Notes: generated by a model from the sequence alone, not told the origin. A stretch of 64,000 nt of DNA from Octopus sinensis (GCF_006345805.1 NC_043014.1:35960001-36024000), one strand, 5' to 3'. Positions 1 through 14,040 are shown, counted from the stretch's first letter. Translations and numbers: made by a program.

Positions 1-91
1 TTTGCAACTACCACGCCCACTGGGCTTAGTCACTAAAGGCACTGCAGATACCACCACCACCACCACCACTATCTGTCAATAATAACACAAA

Positions 92-245
92 TTATATACA
101 TACACACACACACACGCACGCATACATACATACATAAACACACACACGCATACATACATACATAAACACACACACGCATACATACATACATACATAAACA
201 CACACACGCATACATACATACATAAACACACACACACACACGTGT
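92..245. repeat. (CA)n/(CATA)n compound repeat with ~28-32-bp period
   Basis: Direct inspection. Confidence 0.9.
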
Positions 246-1789
246 GTGAATATAAATCTGTGAATTAAGTACATCAATTGATCAATGTAGCTTTCTATGA
301 AACCAATAATTTGTTTCCTGTATTACTAACAGTGAGAGAGTTGACATGGATGGTGTCTGTAGATCTGTATAGAACTCTGGAAAAGCACAGGGGCTGGAGG
401 AGAAGGAGAGTTCAATTACAGATACAAAAAAGTGCAATCATCATCATCATCATGTCCACTCTTGCATGTTGGCATGTTCTTATTCAGAGTTATTGCCTTT
501 CTAGAAGGATCAAAGGATCACATCTTGCTCAGAACTTCAATTTCTAGTACAGTTTTTGTGACTGAATGTGCTTTCTATAAGCAATCAGGTTACAGAGTGT
601 ACATTTTATTATGACGCCAGCACTAAAGGGGTTGTCATATTGTCTCTGCTCATCCACCAACCAAACAACCAATCAACCAACTAACCACTCAATGCAGTTT
701 ACTGTGGCACCCATACCCAAGATTAAAGAAGCTGGCCGGCCTATAATGTGATGTGTTCATGCTTGTTTGCTCCAATGTAATTGGGGCCAGGGTAAATAGA
801 AGAAAGAGTGATGACAACAGCCATGGTGGGTAAGACAAAAGATCAAGAAAATGTGATGGTGGAAGCAGCGTAATTATGGAGAGAGAGAGAGAATGAGAGA
901 GAAAGAGTGAGAGAGTGAGAGAGAGAGAAAGAGTGAGTGAGAGAGAGAGAGAGAGATGGACAATGACAGAGGTAGATATTAATAGAAATGAGAGGTTGAT
1001 GTTAGTAACAAATGGACAGAAGGGATTGAGTCATGACTTGCTGTATAGAAAGGATCATGGTGGTGTGTGTGTGTGTGTGTATCATATAAATAATATATAT
1101 ATATGCATAGATACATACATATATATGTACATACTTACATATATATGTATATATATATGAATATATGGGCACAGGATATCACAAGACATAAACAAATATA
1201 AAATACGAAAACATTTTTATGCTAACAACAAAAGAAACGTCCGCTTTCCATGCTAGCATGGGTTGGACGATTTGACTGAGGACTGGCTAACCAGATGGCT
1301 GCACCAGGCTCCAATCTGATCTGGCAGAGTTTCTACAGCTGGATGCTCTTCCTAACACCAACCTCTCTGAGAGTGTAGTGGGCACTTTTACGTGCCACCT
1401 GCACAGTGAAGGCAGCTGGGAAATGTATAACTGCTGTCATTCACAGAAAAACTATTGTATTACCGTGAGAAAAGTGCTGTTGAAGTGTTAAGTGAAATTT
1501 GGCAATCAAGCATCGCATCCACACTATGCTTGCATGAAGCCACTACAAATATGCTGTGCAATAAAAAATTTATCTACAGTCATGGAAAAAGTGTAACTGT
1601 AAAAATGCAGAATTATCGGAGTAATGGGTATTCAAAAAAGTATGTATGTATAGAAATGTATGAATGAAGTCTTTAAGGTTTAAGCTTCAAATTAAAAAAT
1701 TGCAGTAATAATGTTTAGCAGCTCAGTACTGAAATGCAGAATTAGGTCAGCTGACGATGAGAATCAAATATTGATCGCTTTGCTAAAAA

Positions 1790-2310
1790 CTGCAGGTGGT
1801 ATGGGTTATTTGCCTTGGGTTGTTTAAATAAAATATTAGTAATATGTAGTAGATAGAAGGATCTATTGGAGGGGCCCTATTATTATTGATTTTTTTTAAC
1901 AATGTAAGTATGTCATGAGGTTTCCAGACATGTATTCTACTCGCGTATCAAATAAAGAGATATTGCCTGCAGAAATTAGAAATTGGACACACAAAAAATC
2001 AATATTCAAAGTAATCGAACATAAACAATGAAATGGATTATTTCCCTTGATTATTTAAAAAAATATTTTGCAGATTCTATGGGTTATTTCCCTTGGGTGT
2101 TTAAAAATAATTAGTTACATGAGGTAGATATAAAGATCCATTCCAGGGGCTGTATTATCGATTTTTTCAACAATCTAAGTATGTCATGAGGTTTCCAGAC
2201 ATGAGTTCTATTCATGTGTCAAGTTTTATCAAAATCAGAAGAGCTATGTAGGAGGAGTTAGCTAACAACGCCACAAACAAACACACACCAATTTTCCACA
2301 TATGTAGTAG
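1790..2310. mobile_element. Non-autonomous DNA element (Helentron/HINE-like) with an internal ~150-bp duplication
   Basis: Blocks about 1797-1950 and 2075-2225 are similar; the end has caagttttatcaaaatc..ggaggagtt..(acaa)n. Confidence 0.35.
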
Positions 2311-3455
2311 ATATAGGCACAGATTGGCAAAACTTAACAAAGACAGTTAATTTAGCTATATAATAAAGCTATAGTAATATAACCTGTTTTATGTTCAAAC
2401 CAGCCAAATGTGACCTCACACACTTACCCTACAATGCCATTCTAAAAAGATCTTCATTGAAATCATAACTTCATTATGAACAGGATTGATTTAAAACAAT
2501 GAGAACAAATAAGCATTATATTTATGAGAGTAACCTGAATGATAAAGGATTAAATGACTGAAGGTATTCCATCTACAAGCATATATTAAGAAAACAACCA
2601 TTCACAGTATCAGTTGGAAAATACCTCAAAGTAGTGCTCTCCATACTAAATGCTATTACAGTAGGGTCTCACACATCTTGAACAATGTGAGATGAGATAC
2701 TTAGATCAACTGAGATCTAAGAAATTAGTAGAAAAAATACATTTTGTGGAGTCGCTTAAAATGTAGAATCTTACGAGGGAGATAACTGCAGTCAGATCAG
2801 CATCAGTATATTCCTTCTGTCTCTTTTATGAACACACATAATCTTCTTTCATCTTTTCCTTGTTTCAATCATCACACTGAAAGCCATGATGGGGCACTGT
2901 TTTGAGGAGTTTAGTCAAATAAATTAACCCAAGTACTTATTTTTTAAGTTTGGTATTTATTCGATCGGTCTCTTTTACCAAATCAGTATGTTACCAAGAC
3001 ATTAACCAAACCATCACCAATTATCAAATGGTAGGGCATGGAAACACAAAGACACACACACACACATATATAAAGGTTTCCACACAGTTTCCATAAACCA
3101 AATTTACACACAAGACATTTGCAGACCCTTCTTGCTATCAAACCCTTACCTGTTTCCAAGCAAGAGAATAATTTCCTTATGGTCAGACATATTCCTGCAG
3201 AATACTGGAAATAAATGGCACTGCTTGTGCAATAGTGATGCTTGTTTACAGCAATCACACAATGTTAAGACAAAGAGACACAAACAAGCAGACACAATAT
3301 ACAACGGGCTTCTTTCAGTTCCTGTCTATGAAATCCACTCACAAGGCTTTGGTAGGATCAGGACTATAGCAGAAGACATTTACCCAAGGTGTCATACAGC
3401 AGAACTGAACCAGGAACCATGAGGTTGGAAGCCACATCTACACATACAATAGTTA

Positions 3456-3882
3456 GGATCTCTTCGGTTTGAACGGCAGTTTTTTCTAGCGGTGTCATAT
3501 GAAATTGTTACCCTTAATTATGACCCTAGAATCGATCTATTGCATTTCAATCTCTTTTAGGGTTAGGGTTAGTTAGGATTAGGGTTAGGGGTGGGGTATC
3601 TCTTTTTCTTCACAAATGTAAATAAACCCAAACTGTTTCTTAAACGAGGGACATATTCATATGGCACAGAATGCTTTTTAACTCAATAGTTGTTAGTGAT
3701 TGGTTGAAATTGCAGAAATTGAAGAAAAAACAACAACAAATATCTTACAAACTATAGAATTTTCTCAATAAAGCCAAGAGAAAAAGATGTTTTATAAACA
3801 CATTCTACCAGTATATGAAGTTTAAAATTTTTTAGTTATCTAGAAATTATGTTAAAAACTGCCGTTCAAACTGAAAAGATCC
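3456..3882. mobile_element. MITE with ~29-bp TIRs, 8-bp TSD and internal TTAGGG repeats
   Basis: TIR ggatctcttcggtttgaacggcagttttt / aaaaactgccgttcaaactgaaaagatcc; TSD aatagtta at 3448-3455 and 3883-3890. Confidence 0.85.
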
Positions 3883-4539
3883 AATAGTTATCATTATTAT
3901 GCTTGATCTGAAAGTAAATCTAATTGTTTCTTGTGTATTGTTTTCTTTTGTATTTTGTCTGTACTTTAGCAATGTGTATTTCATATTCGTGAACAATAAA
4001 AGCTAACATTATCATCATTAAAATACTTTGTAGTGTTTGTTCCGACTCCTTGCATTTTGAGTTCAAATCTTGCTGAAATCAACTTTGCCTTTGATTCTGC
4101 CAAGGATTATAAACAAAGTACCAAGATCAATTCAATCAACTAAATCCTCTTCTCAAAAGTGCAGGCTTTGTGCCTAAGCCAAAAATGATTATTATCTTCC
4201 TGATGAAGTCAGACAATCCTTCATGCTTCCTTCTGTAGTTTATAAGATAAGTACCAGTAGTAAAATAGAGTCTTCTCCAAAAATGTATGTCCTTGAACTG
4301 GATTTAGAAATATTATTTTCTTTGAAAGCCATGAACAATACTAGCAAGATTTTTAGTTTTCCTTCTCTAAATTCATGACAATGGCTCACTTGAGTTATTT
4401 CCCTTAGCTTTTATTTTTAATTATGTGAGTCTGCCACTGTTGAGGAACTCTGGTCTTGACACCGTAGAATGTCTAGTGTCAAGTTTCATTTAAAAAAAAA
4501 AAAATTAGGGGCTCCTGTGGAAAGAGCTATACATACTTT

Positions 4540-5085
4540 ATTTTTCAATCACAAATTTGGTGGAAATTGAACACAGAACAGAGATACACAAAATGCTGCT
4601 TAGCATTTTGCCCAGTGAGCTATCAATTCTGCCGGTTTGCTGTCTTAACAGAAGGTTAAAATAATAGTATCAAATTTTGGCACAGAATCAATATTTGCAA
4701 GGGAGGAAGTAAGTTAATTACATCAACCCTAGTGCTCAACTGGTACTTAGTTTATTAAGGATGAAAGGCTAAATAGACCTTTGCAGAAATTAAACACAGA
4801 GTGTAAAGATGGATGAAATGCCATTAAGCCTTTCACTCAACATGCCAATGATTCTGCCAGGTGAAAATATTGGTTTCAAATTTTGGCAGAGGCCAGTATT
4901 TTCAAGGAAGTGGGAAAGTCGATTAAATCAACCCTAGTATTCAACTGGTACTTATTTTATTGACCCCAAAATGATGAAAAGGCAAATGGACCTTGATGGA
5001 ATTTGAATACAGAATGTAAAGACAGATGAAATACCATTAAGTATTTTGCCTGGCATGCTAATGATTCTACCAGGTTGCCACCTTA
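4540..5085 (-). repeat. Three head-to-tail SINE-E copies (similar clusters about 58340-59110 and 61120-61970)
   Basis: Same modules, all on the minus strand. Confidence 0.7.
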
Positions 5086-5359
5086 TCAGAGGTTTAAAAT
5101 ACTAACGACATGAACATATTGTTCTATGTGAAGTGAAAGTAACTAAGCAATAATTTTAGTCATTTCACCTCGTTATGTAGATTGGAGACATGAATAATAC
5201 ATAACGAAGAGATAGCCCCCCCCCCAACCCATACCATCATGAAGTGATCACTGTTTAGTTGGTTCTAACAAACACAAGAACATCTGTCAACTGAAACTTC
5301 ATACAGTACAGGACCATTATCTTCCTTGTCATAGAGTATCAAATAAGTGATACATGATA

Positions 5360-5746
5360 GGCGCAGGAGTGGCTGTGTGGTAAGTAGCTTGCTAACCAAC
5401 CACATGGTTCTGGGTCCAGTCCCACTGCATGGCATCTTGGGCAAGTGTCTTCTGCTATAGCCTCGGGCCAACCAATGCTTTGTGAGTGGATTTGGTAGAC
5501 GGAAACTGAAAGAAGCCTGTCGTATATATGTATATATATATAAATGTGTGTGTGTGTTTGTCCCCCTGGCATTGCTTGACAACCGATGCTGGTGTGTTTG
5601 CGTCCCCGTCACTTAGCGGTTCGGCAAAAGAGACCGATAGAATAAGTACTGGGCTTACAAAGAATAAGTCCCGGGGTTGATTTGCTCGACTAAAGGCGGT
5701 GCTCCAGCATGGCCACAGTAAAATGACTGAAACAAGTAAAAGAGTA
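5360..5746 (+). mobile_element. tRNA-derived SINE family A (CORE-like centre), full length
   Basis: A-box-like ggcgcaggagtggctgtgtggtaag, B-box-like ggtccagtccc, ttgggcaagtgtctt centre, tail gaaacaagtaaaagagta. Confidence 0.85.
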
Positions 5747-5849
5747 TACAGTCTCTGTAGATCTTTTAACATCAGATATCACACTTTTGCCACATAGATT
5801 CTTAGTCTCTTAATCATTGTAGGTCCTCTACCTTTCCTATCATACCAGG

Positions 5850-6170
5850 AGCATGCAGCTTAATAGTAAGCATATTCAGCTCGTGATCATAAGGTTGTGG
5901 GTTTGATTCCCAGTGGTGCACTGTATCCTTGAGCAAGACACTTTCCTTCATGTAGATCCAATCCACTCAACTGGTAGAAATAAGTAGTACCAGTATTTCA
6001 AAGTGCCAGCATTGGCACATAGTTTCATGCTGAATCTACCTGAGAACTATGTTAAGGTTACACATGTTTGTGGAGTGCTCAGCCACTTACATGTTAATTT
6101 CACAAGCTGACTGTTCCATTGATTGGATCAAATGGAACACTCACTGACATAATCAATAGAGTTCCAGTTT
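5850..6170 (+). mobile_element. Separate tRNA-derived SINE (ccttgagcaagacactt domain), decayed
   Basis: tRNA-like head followed by tatccttgagcaagacacttt and ccactcaactgg. Confidence 0.55.
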
Positions 6171-6281
6171 CAGTTCCCTACCATAACTCAGAACAAATGA
6201 CAATTAACCTGGTTCTTTATTTTCACTGCTGCACACAGTCTCACCTTTGAAAAAAAAAAAAATGCGGGGCTTAGATTTATA

Positions 6282-6680
6282 GGCGCAAGAGTGGCTGTGT
6301 GGTAGGTAGCTTTCTTACCAACCACATGGTTCCGGGTACATTCCCACTGCGTGACACCTTGGGCAAGTGTCTTCTACTATAGCCTCGGGCCGACCAAAAC
6401 CTTGTGAGTGGATTTGGTAGACGGAAACTGAAAGTAGCCCGTCATGTATGTATATATATATATATATATATATATGTTTGTGTCTCTGTGTTTGTCCCCC
6501 AACATCGCTTGACAACCGATGGTGGTGTGTTTACATCTCCGTAATTTAGCGGTTCGGCAAAAGAGACTGATAGAATAAGTACAAGGCTTCCAAAGAATAA
6601 GTCCTGGGGTCAATTTGCTTTCGGCTAGAGGCATGCTCCAGCATGGCCACAGTCAAATGACTGAAACAAGTTAAAGAGTA
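6282..6680 (+). mobile_element. SINE family A, full length
   Basis: Homologous to 5360-5746. Confidence 0.85.
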
Positions 6681-7452
6681 ATATATATTCTGCTCCAGTC
6701 ACTATTTGTTGTATGACTTTCATTGCTACACAACATCATATCACTGACTATACAACAAGTCTCTTTAAAATATTCCAGCTTTACTGTAAGGGAGCACATC
6801 ACTGGCAGTATGCCGTAAGGTCTTTGTAGTTTCAGCCCATGTTCTGTCTTCCCTATTATATGAAATCCCACCACTTGGAGCTACTGAAGGAGTCTCTACA
6901 TAGTTACTCAGCCAGCTAAAGCCAGCAACCAAATCCTTATCAAATCACATCCTTCCATTTTGAATAATATAGTCTTAGGCACAATATGCTTGAAAACAGA
7001 TGACGTGGCTAGTACGACTGAATCATTTAGCTTGCTCAACTAGAGTTGACCTGAGATTAGCCATCTATAAAAACACTTGGATAATGCCGCGCTAGATATA
7101 TTGATACTTCAAAAGAAAAAACAATGGGAATTATGGGTGGAATACCTTTGGAGGTGTACTCAATCAAGGATGCTCTAGGACTAAATATCACCACAATCTC
7201 ATTTCTAGATATTATAAGTCTTCTGCTTCACTGCTGCAAACTAGAACAAGTCTGATACACAAGTGTAAGAGTTTTTTATAGGCATGTATGAATACTGTTC
7301 TAGATGAGTAATATATATTATATATACATATACCATAGTAATAATAATAATAGTATTTTACAAGCTTAAAGCTTATAGCAATCACTGCGCAATGACTAAA
7401 GAAAATAGTCTAATAATGGGGCATATAAGCCCTCAACAGCAAAAAGTAGGTT

Positions 7453-7494
<42 letters not shown>

Positions 7495-7869
7495 GTATGG
7501 CTGTAAACAGTCAATTTGTAAAACCTGGAAAAATGTTAAGAGTGAGTTATTTCCTGTATAAATGTGAGTGTACATTACCATATCTCTATAGTTAACGAGG
7601 TCAGTGAAGGTAGGCTGGCCTAAACAGTGATAACATACAACAAACCAAGTCACACATGACTAACCAAAACTTTTTCCTATTTCATTTCTGTTAATTCTAC
7701 CTTCTCTCACAATCGTCACAAAGTAATTGTGTCTTTCATAAAACTAGGTGCATTTTTTCACAAAAGGAGTGGGAACAAGGGAAGGACAAGGAATTTACAC
7801 CTAGCCTATTAACCTTATATTTCTTTTTCCTACTGTTCTTTTTTATTTAATTAATTGAATTTATTTATT

Positions 7870-9130
7870 TTTGTGACAGGTAGAAGTTCACCAAAGATCA
7901 GTTCTCAGCTCCACCCCACCTGTTCATCATAATCCTCCAGGCTATAACAGAGGAATTTAAGACAGGCTGCCTCTGGGCGCTCCTCTATGCTGATGACCTT
8001 GTTCTTATAGCTGAATCACTACCAGAACTAGAGAAAAAATTTCAGGTGTGGAAGCAAGGTCAGGAATCAAACGGCCTTAGAATTAATTCAGCTAAGACCA
8101 AAATCTTACTAAGTAGGAAAACAGTCAAGTCACAAATACCTTCAGGGCTCTGCTTCATACGTAGGTAGAAACTTATATGTAGGTAGGTGTAGGTAGAAAC
8201 TTCATAAGTCATACCTGGTGCGGTATGGCACATAAGAGGTGCAGCAGTATCAGAGGAAGGCTAACTGAGAAAGTAGTCTGTATGTGACAGGTGTGTAGGC
8301 ACAATAAACACTAGGAATATATGAGGAATAGACTTCCTAAAATCCCAGGGGGATATCTAGAAATAGTAGATAGCTTCCATTACCTAGGTGACTAATCAGC
8401 AGTGGAGAAGAATGTTCTGAGATTGTAAATCATAGAATAAGAATGGGCTGGGTAAGATTTAGAGAGCTATTACATTTGTTGGTAACAAAGGGCCTTTCTC
8501 TCAGAGTGAAAGACAGGCTGTATGATGGCTTGCATGTAAACAGCCATGATACATGGCAATGACTGCAGAGGACATGTGAAGTCTTCAAAGAAATGAAGCC
8601 AGGATGCTTCATTGGATGTGCAATGTCAGCATGCATGTATGACAGAATGTGAGTGCCATAAGAGAAAAACTGAGTATAATAGGCATCGAGTGTAGTGTGC
8701 AAGAGAGAAGATTGCACTGGTATGGCCATGTGATGTGTATGGATGGAGACAGCTGCAGAAAGAAGTGCCAGTCCTTAACTGAGGAGAGAACCTGGAAGAT
8801 GTGGGATGAGGTAGCGAAATATGATCTTTGGATGTGCTGACAGGTGACTGAGACTTGGCAATTTGCTGTGCTTGAGAAGACATTGAAGCTTAGTGGAATT
8901 GTAGTTATGGCCAGTGCTGGTGATGCATAAAAGGCACTGGTGCTGGTGACAATTTAAAGGCATCCAGTACACTCTTTGAAGTGGTTGGCATTAGGAAGGG
9001 TATCCAGCCATAGAAACCAAGCCGAAATAGACTAGAGCTTGGTACAGTTCTCTGGCTTACCTTCAAGTTCCAATGGAACTATCCAGCCCATGCCAACATG
9101 AAAAATAGATGTTAAATGATGATGATGAGC
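7870..9130 (+). mobile_element. 5'-truncated, decayed RTE-clade LINE (RT to 3' tail)
   Basis: Q.GSVLS.., LLYADDLVL (YADD at 7986-7997), KGLSLRVK..LYD, ERRLHWYGHV. Ends in ggttggcattaggaaggg...atgatgatga tail. Confidence 0.9.
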
Positions 9131-10635
9131 TCCAAGGTCACAGAAAAGAATCAACCAAAATAGAAGCAACATAATATAAAGACAGAGGCAGAGAGATACA
9201 TACAAACATACACAATATATATCGCAGGTTTCTGTGCAGTTTTCATCTTTCAATTTCACTCATAAGACAATAATGCGCAGCTCAAGGCTACAATGGAAGA
9301 TACCATGCAGTGAGGCCAAAGCTGAAGCCACATGGTTGCAAAACAAACTTAACTACACAGCCATGCCTGTGCATACATCAACAAAGATAGATATCCCTTA
9401 CTTGAGAAACGGGCGACGTTTAGTGGCAGGAATGACATCTGGCTGTAAAACAATACCTCAACAATATATTTATCTAACTCATGCTAACATGGAAAAAGAG
9501 AAGTAAAACAGATGAATGATTTTATATATGTACACACATATACACATCTTTCAAGACAGATGTTTTGGGTCAATTTATATTCCCTTATCTTTTTGTCTAA
9601 CTGCAGTCCTGGATCAAGTATTCATTGTATTTGAACAAGCAGAATCAGAAATGTTGCCAGCTATTCACAGCCCTCTACCAGCAAGAGAAGCCTAGATTCT
9701 GTAGAAGTGTCAAGGCAAGTAAAAGCCTGCATTGATGAAGTTGTATCCAGCAGTATCTTGTCTTTTCCATTCATCCTTCCAAGGGTGATAAAAACAAGTA
9801 GCAGTAAATATTTTCTGCTATTTACCATTGCACACTGAGTTTGTCCTTTGACAGTTTCAGTCACATATCCTTTTTCTCTATGAGAGTTCCTATCCCTTCA
9901 AGTCAACCTTCTGGAGAAAGAAAGCTATGGGTAGTCATCCACAACCTTTGTCATAGCACAATGTAACCAATTCCATGAGATAAAAACTTAGTCCAGTACT
10001 TGACTCAAACCAAATTTGTCAAATTTTCAAAAAAAGAAAAGAAAAAATGGAAGTATGGAAGTTCAAAGTTGACCTTGGCAGGATTTGAACTAGAGTATAA
10101 AAAATGCAAGATATCGTATCTGATGCCAGAATGCGGTGCAGATTTAAAGCCTCAACCAAGTATTAAAACAAACTAGACAATCAGCAAAATGTTTAAGTTG
10201 TGGATTACAAAGTAATTTAGAAAAATCTTTTGTCTTGACATTGGTAGATCAAGGTGGTATATACAGGCAAGATAGTAGTCAGCTGGGATATGAGATGTTT
10301 TGAGACAGCTGTTCTGGTGCCCCCTATTTGGCATAGGTGATACAACACTGACTAATTTGACATCAGACATTTTAAAATTTCTCTTATTCTCTCTCTGTTT
10401 ATGTGTGTGAACATATTTTTCTTTATGTATACGAAGAGAGGGAAAGAGTTTATGATATTTGTATTCAATTAACAAGTTGTAATGTCTGCTCCACTATCTC
10501 TCTTTCTCAAATATATATATATATATATAAATAAATGAAAGAATGGAGTCGAACGAAGATGTTAACATGCTGATGATAAACATAGGATAATTCATTCACC
10601 TATTGAAATATATATATATATAGTTATTAGTGTGT

Positions 10636-11075
10636 GATTTTAAAAGTAAAAGTGGAATTATTGTGCAATCTGATAAAACTGGAAATTTATGTGATATGGA
10701 TTTATCAAAATATCATAAATTAATGGAGAAGGAAATTACTAGTAATATAAAGTAGTAAGTAAAAATATCTTAAAGTCAATTAACTTAGAAGCTAAGAAAA
10801 TTATGCGTGATTATGATCTTGATAGAACTGAGCCTTTTGTGCCTATGAGGCCTAGGATAACTTTAAAAGATCACAAAGAAAACTTCTCTTCTAACCCTAA
10901 TCTTGTATATAGATGTAGAGTTGAATCTAAAGGGAAAAATTATTTTTACATTGGGTCGACTGAAAATTTTATTAAAAAATGAATCACAAATCATGAGTAT
11001 ACTGTTAGGAATAGGGACAGATTGAACAGTACCAGTTGAAGTAAGTTTATATGGTAATTAAAGGATAGTAACAAA
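10636..11075 (+). mobile_element. Penelope-like element remnant (RT N-terminal region fused to GIY-YIG endonuclease)
   Basis: Translation GIIVQSDKTGNLCDMD...ITLKDHKENFSSNP|NLVYRCRVESKGKNYFYIGSTENFIKK*ITNH...STS*SKFIW*LK, with one frameshift and several stops. Confidence 0.8.
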
Positions 11076-12340
11076 CTGTGTGGCTGTGTTTATATATATG
11101 TATCTAATTTATATATATGTTTATTACATATATAAAGAAATGAATATATCAATAAATCTCCCTAAATTTATAATGTGACAGCATTATTTAATGTAACTGC
11201 ATAGTGACACCAAAATGTTGTTATACCAAATGATTTGTAATCTTTTTAATTCAAACTAAATTTTTGTTGCTTGAGAAAATATTTCTTGTTATTACGCTGA
11301 ATGTTTCTTTTATTTAGACTGAAAAGCTTGTAGTTTTAAAATAGTATATTAATGTGGATATCTGAAATATTTCAGTGGATTAATTCCTAAATATGTATTA
11401 AGTATCAGAAAATATATTTGCATTGAGTGGAAACTATATCACTATATAAGTTTTAAGTACACTCTCTTCTTTATATTAAATGATTAAATATTCATAAATA
11501 CATAAATTGAATTTATTGATTAATAATAATAATAAATGAATAATTTTATATAAGGCTCTATCGTGAGCCCAAACGTTTCCATTGTAAGTACATATTTCCG
11601 GTTATTTTTCTGTGAGCAATTAATCTATAAATATATAAATTTTGATGTACAGGGATATTTTTTCAACTGATAAACTAAGTAATTTAGTGTCATGTACTTG
11701 TTATTTACTAAGAATAATGTTTATATAAGCACAAATAAATAGGTTACAATAATTATTATATATAATTATATATCTTTTTAAAAAATAATGCATATCCCTC
11801 TCTCTCTTTCGGAGAGGCACTAAGCACCTACATGCACATATACACACACGGCAGTAACTTCCGCCTACCGAGTTCAATCACAAAGCTTCAGTCAATGTAT
11901 ATTTATAGTGGTACCTATTAAGTTTAGTATATTTCATCATGTGTTCTTTTGAAATCATATACATATAATTTATAGAATAAATATAACTATTGGCTTACAC
12001 TAATTTACTTCCTTCTGTAAAACCATGTAAAATTATATTCGTATTTATAATTTATTACCTTTTTAAGAAAAAATATAGTTTCTAATAATCATAGCTTTAT
12101 ATTTTTTTTACTTTTTAGTTACTTAAAATAATGTTTATATTAGTACGAATAACTAAATAAAATTAATTATATATTATCATTATATATAATTATATATCTT
12201 TTTGAATAATTATGCATTTTGAATGTTTATTGTAGTACCTATAGTATTTAGTAGATATAGCAATATTATGTGCTTTTGAACAAATATATGCATATAAATT
12301 TATAGAATAAAAATATTGGATTACCTTAATTTATTTCCTT

Positions 12341-12496
12341 TTTTATTCTAGGCACACAGCCTGAAATTTTTGGGGGGAGGCCAGTTGATTAGATCAACCC
12401 AGTACACAACTGGTACTTAATTTATCAACCCCAAAAGGATGAAAGGCAAAGTTGACCTTGGCGGAATTTAAACTTAGAACATAAAGACAGACAAAA
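12341..12496 (-). mobile_element. 5'-truncated SINE-E with 14-bp TSD
   Basis: TSD taatttatttcctt at 12327-12340 and 12497-12510. Confidence 0.8.
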
Positions 12497-12748
12497 TAAT
12501 TTATTTCCTTCTGCAAAACGAAATAAAATTCTGATACTCCGTTTATTTATATATTATTATTATTATTATTATCATTATTTTGTAAGAAATGGTATGGGTT
12601 TATAATAATTGTAACTTTATAAATTTAACATCAGTATATTTGATAGTAAATTTTGAGTGAATGAATTGTTGATTAAGAATTTTTAATGAATATAGTGTCT
12701 GAATTAAATATATCCTTTTTTATTTATCTGTTTTCATCATAATATTCT

Positions 12749-13145
12749 CTCTTTTACTCTTTTACTTGTTTCAGTCATTTGACTGCGGCCATGCTGGAGC
12801 ACCGCCTTTTAGTCGAGCAAATCGACCCCGGGACTTATTCTTTGTAAGCCCAGTACTTATTCTATCGGTCTCTTTTGCCGAACCGCTAAGTGACGGGGAC
12901 GTAAACACACCAGCATCGGTTGTCAATCAATGCTAGGGGGACAAACACAAACATACATATATATATATATATACATATATACGACAGGCTTCTTTCAGTT
13001 TCCGTCTACCAAATCCACTCACAAGGCTTTGGTTGGCCCGAGGCTATAGCAGAAGACACTTGCCCAAGATGCCGCGCAGTGGGACTGAACCCGGAACCGT
13101 GTGGTTCGTTAGCAAGCTACTTACCACACAGCCACTCTTACGCCT
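12749..13145 (-). mobile_element. SINE family A, full length
   Basis: Reverse-complement homolog of 5360-5746. Confidence 0.85.
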
Positions 13146-13564
13146 ATATATAAAATATATATATCCTACTCCACCATAAAATTTTTATATATTACATATT
13201 ACATAGGTATAGATATTATATAAATAAATGATCAGTGATTATTTTCAATTAAAATATTTTTGGTTAATATTGTTGGAGATGCATAAAAACATTTTATGAC
13301 TGTTGCAAAGTTTCTTTACTTTATTATTTCATCCATTTAAATTTTGATGTTCTTTTTATTGTATTTATAATCGTTTAACATCTGCCTTCCATGCTAATTT
13401 TTGAATTATTAATGCTCACATTTCTAAACAAGTAAATTTTTGAATCAGTCTATTTTGTAATTTAACAGTCATTGCATGGATTTTTTATTTTGTGTATTTT
13501 TTAAACAAATGCCTTGAGTAGATTTATATACATAAATGTAGACTTTTTTTTTATATAAATTCAC

Positions 13565-14008
13565 TAGTGTATATGAGTCAAAACAAACTGTTGGCTTTAT
13601 ATTTGTTCTACTAATTTGTTATGTTATACTATATATTATACCTTTTCATAGTATATCATATTATACTAGAAAGTAAATAAATGTTTAGTATGTCAGTTAT
13701 ATTTCTCTATTTACTTTAATATTTGTATAATGTAATTATACCCTTTTATTTGTGGTATTTAACTGATGTACCAATAAAAATTGCATAGTGTATATGAGTC
13801 AAAACAAACTGTTGGCTTTATATTTGTTCTACTAATTTGTTATGTTATACTATATATTATACCTTTTCATAGTATATCATATTATACTAGAAAGTAAATA
13901 AATGTTTAGTATGTCAGTTATATTTCTCTATTTACTTTAATATTTGTATAATGTAATTATACCCTTTTATTTGTGGTATTTAACTGATGTACCAATAAAA
14001 ATTGCATA
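13565..14008. repeat. Perfect 221-bp tandem duplication
   Basis: 13565-13785 is repeated at 13786-14006 with no difference seen by eye. Confidence 0.9.
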
Positions 14009-14040
14009 TTTTGCATCCCATTTTCTTTCATTTGATTTAT

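Noticed and set aside
5360-5430. tRNA-like heads as tRNA genes
   Set aside because: They are 5' parts of multi-copy SINEs, with no complete cloverleaf.
11286-11335. ctgaatg...gaaaagcttgtagt as a hammerhead
   Set aside because: The core is mutated, H17 would be G, and there is no stem I.
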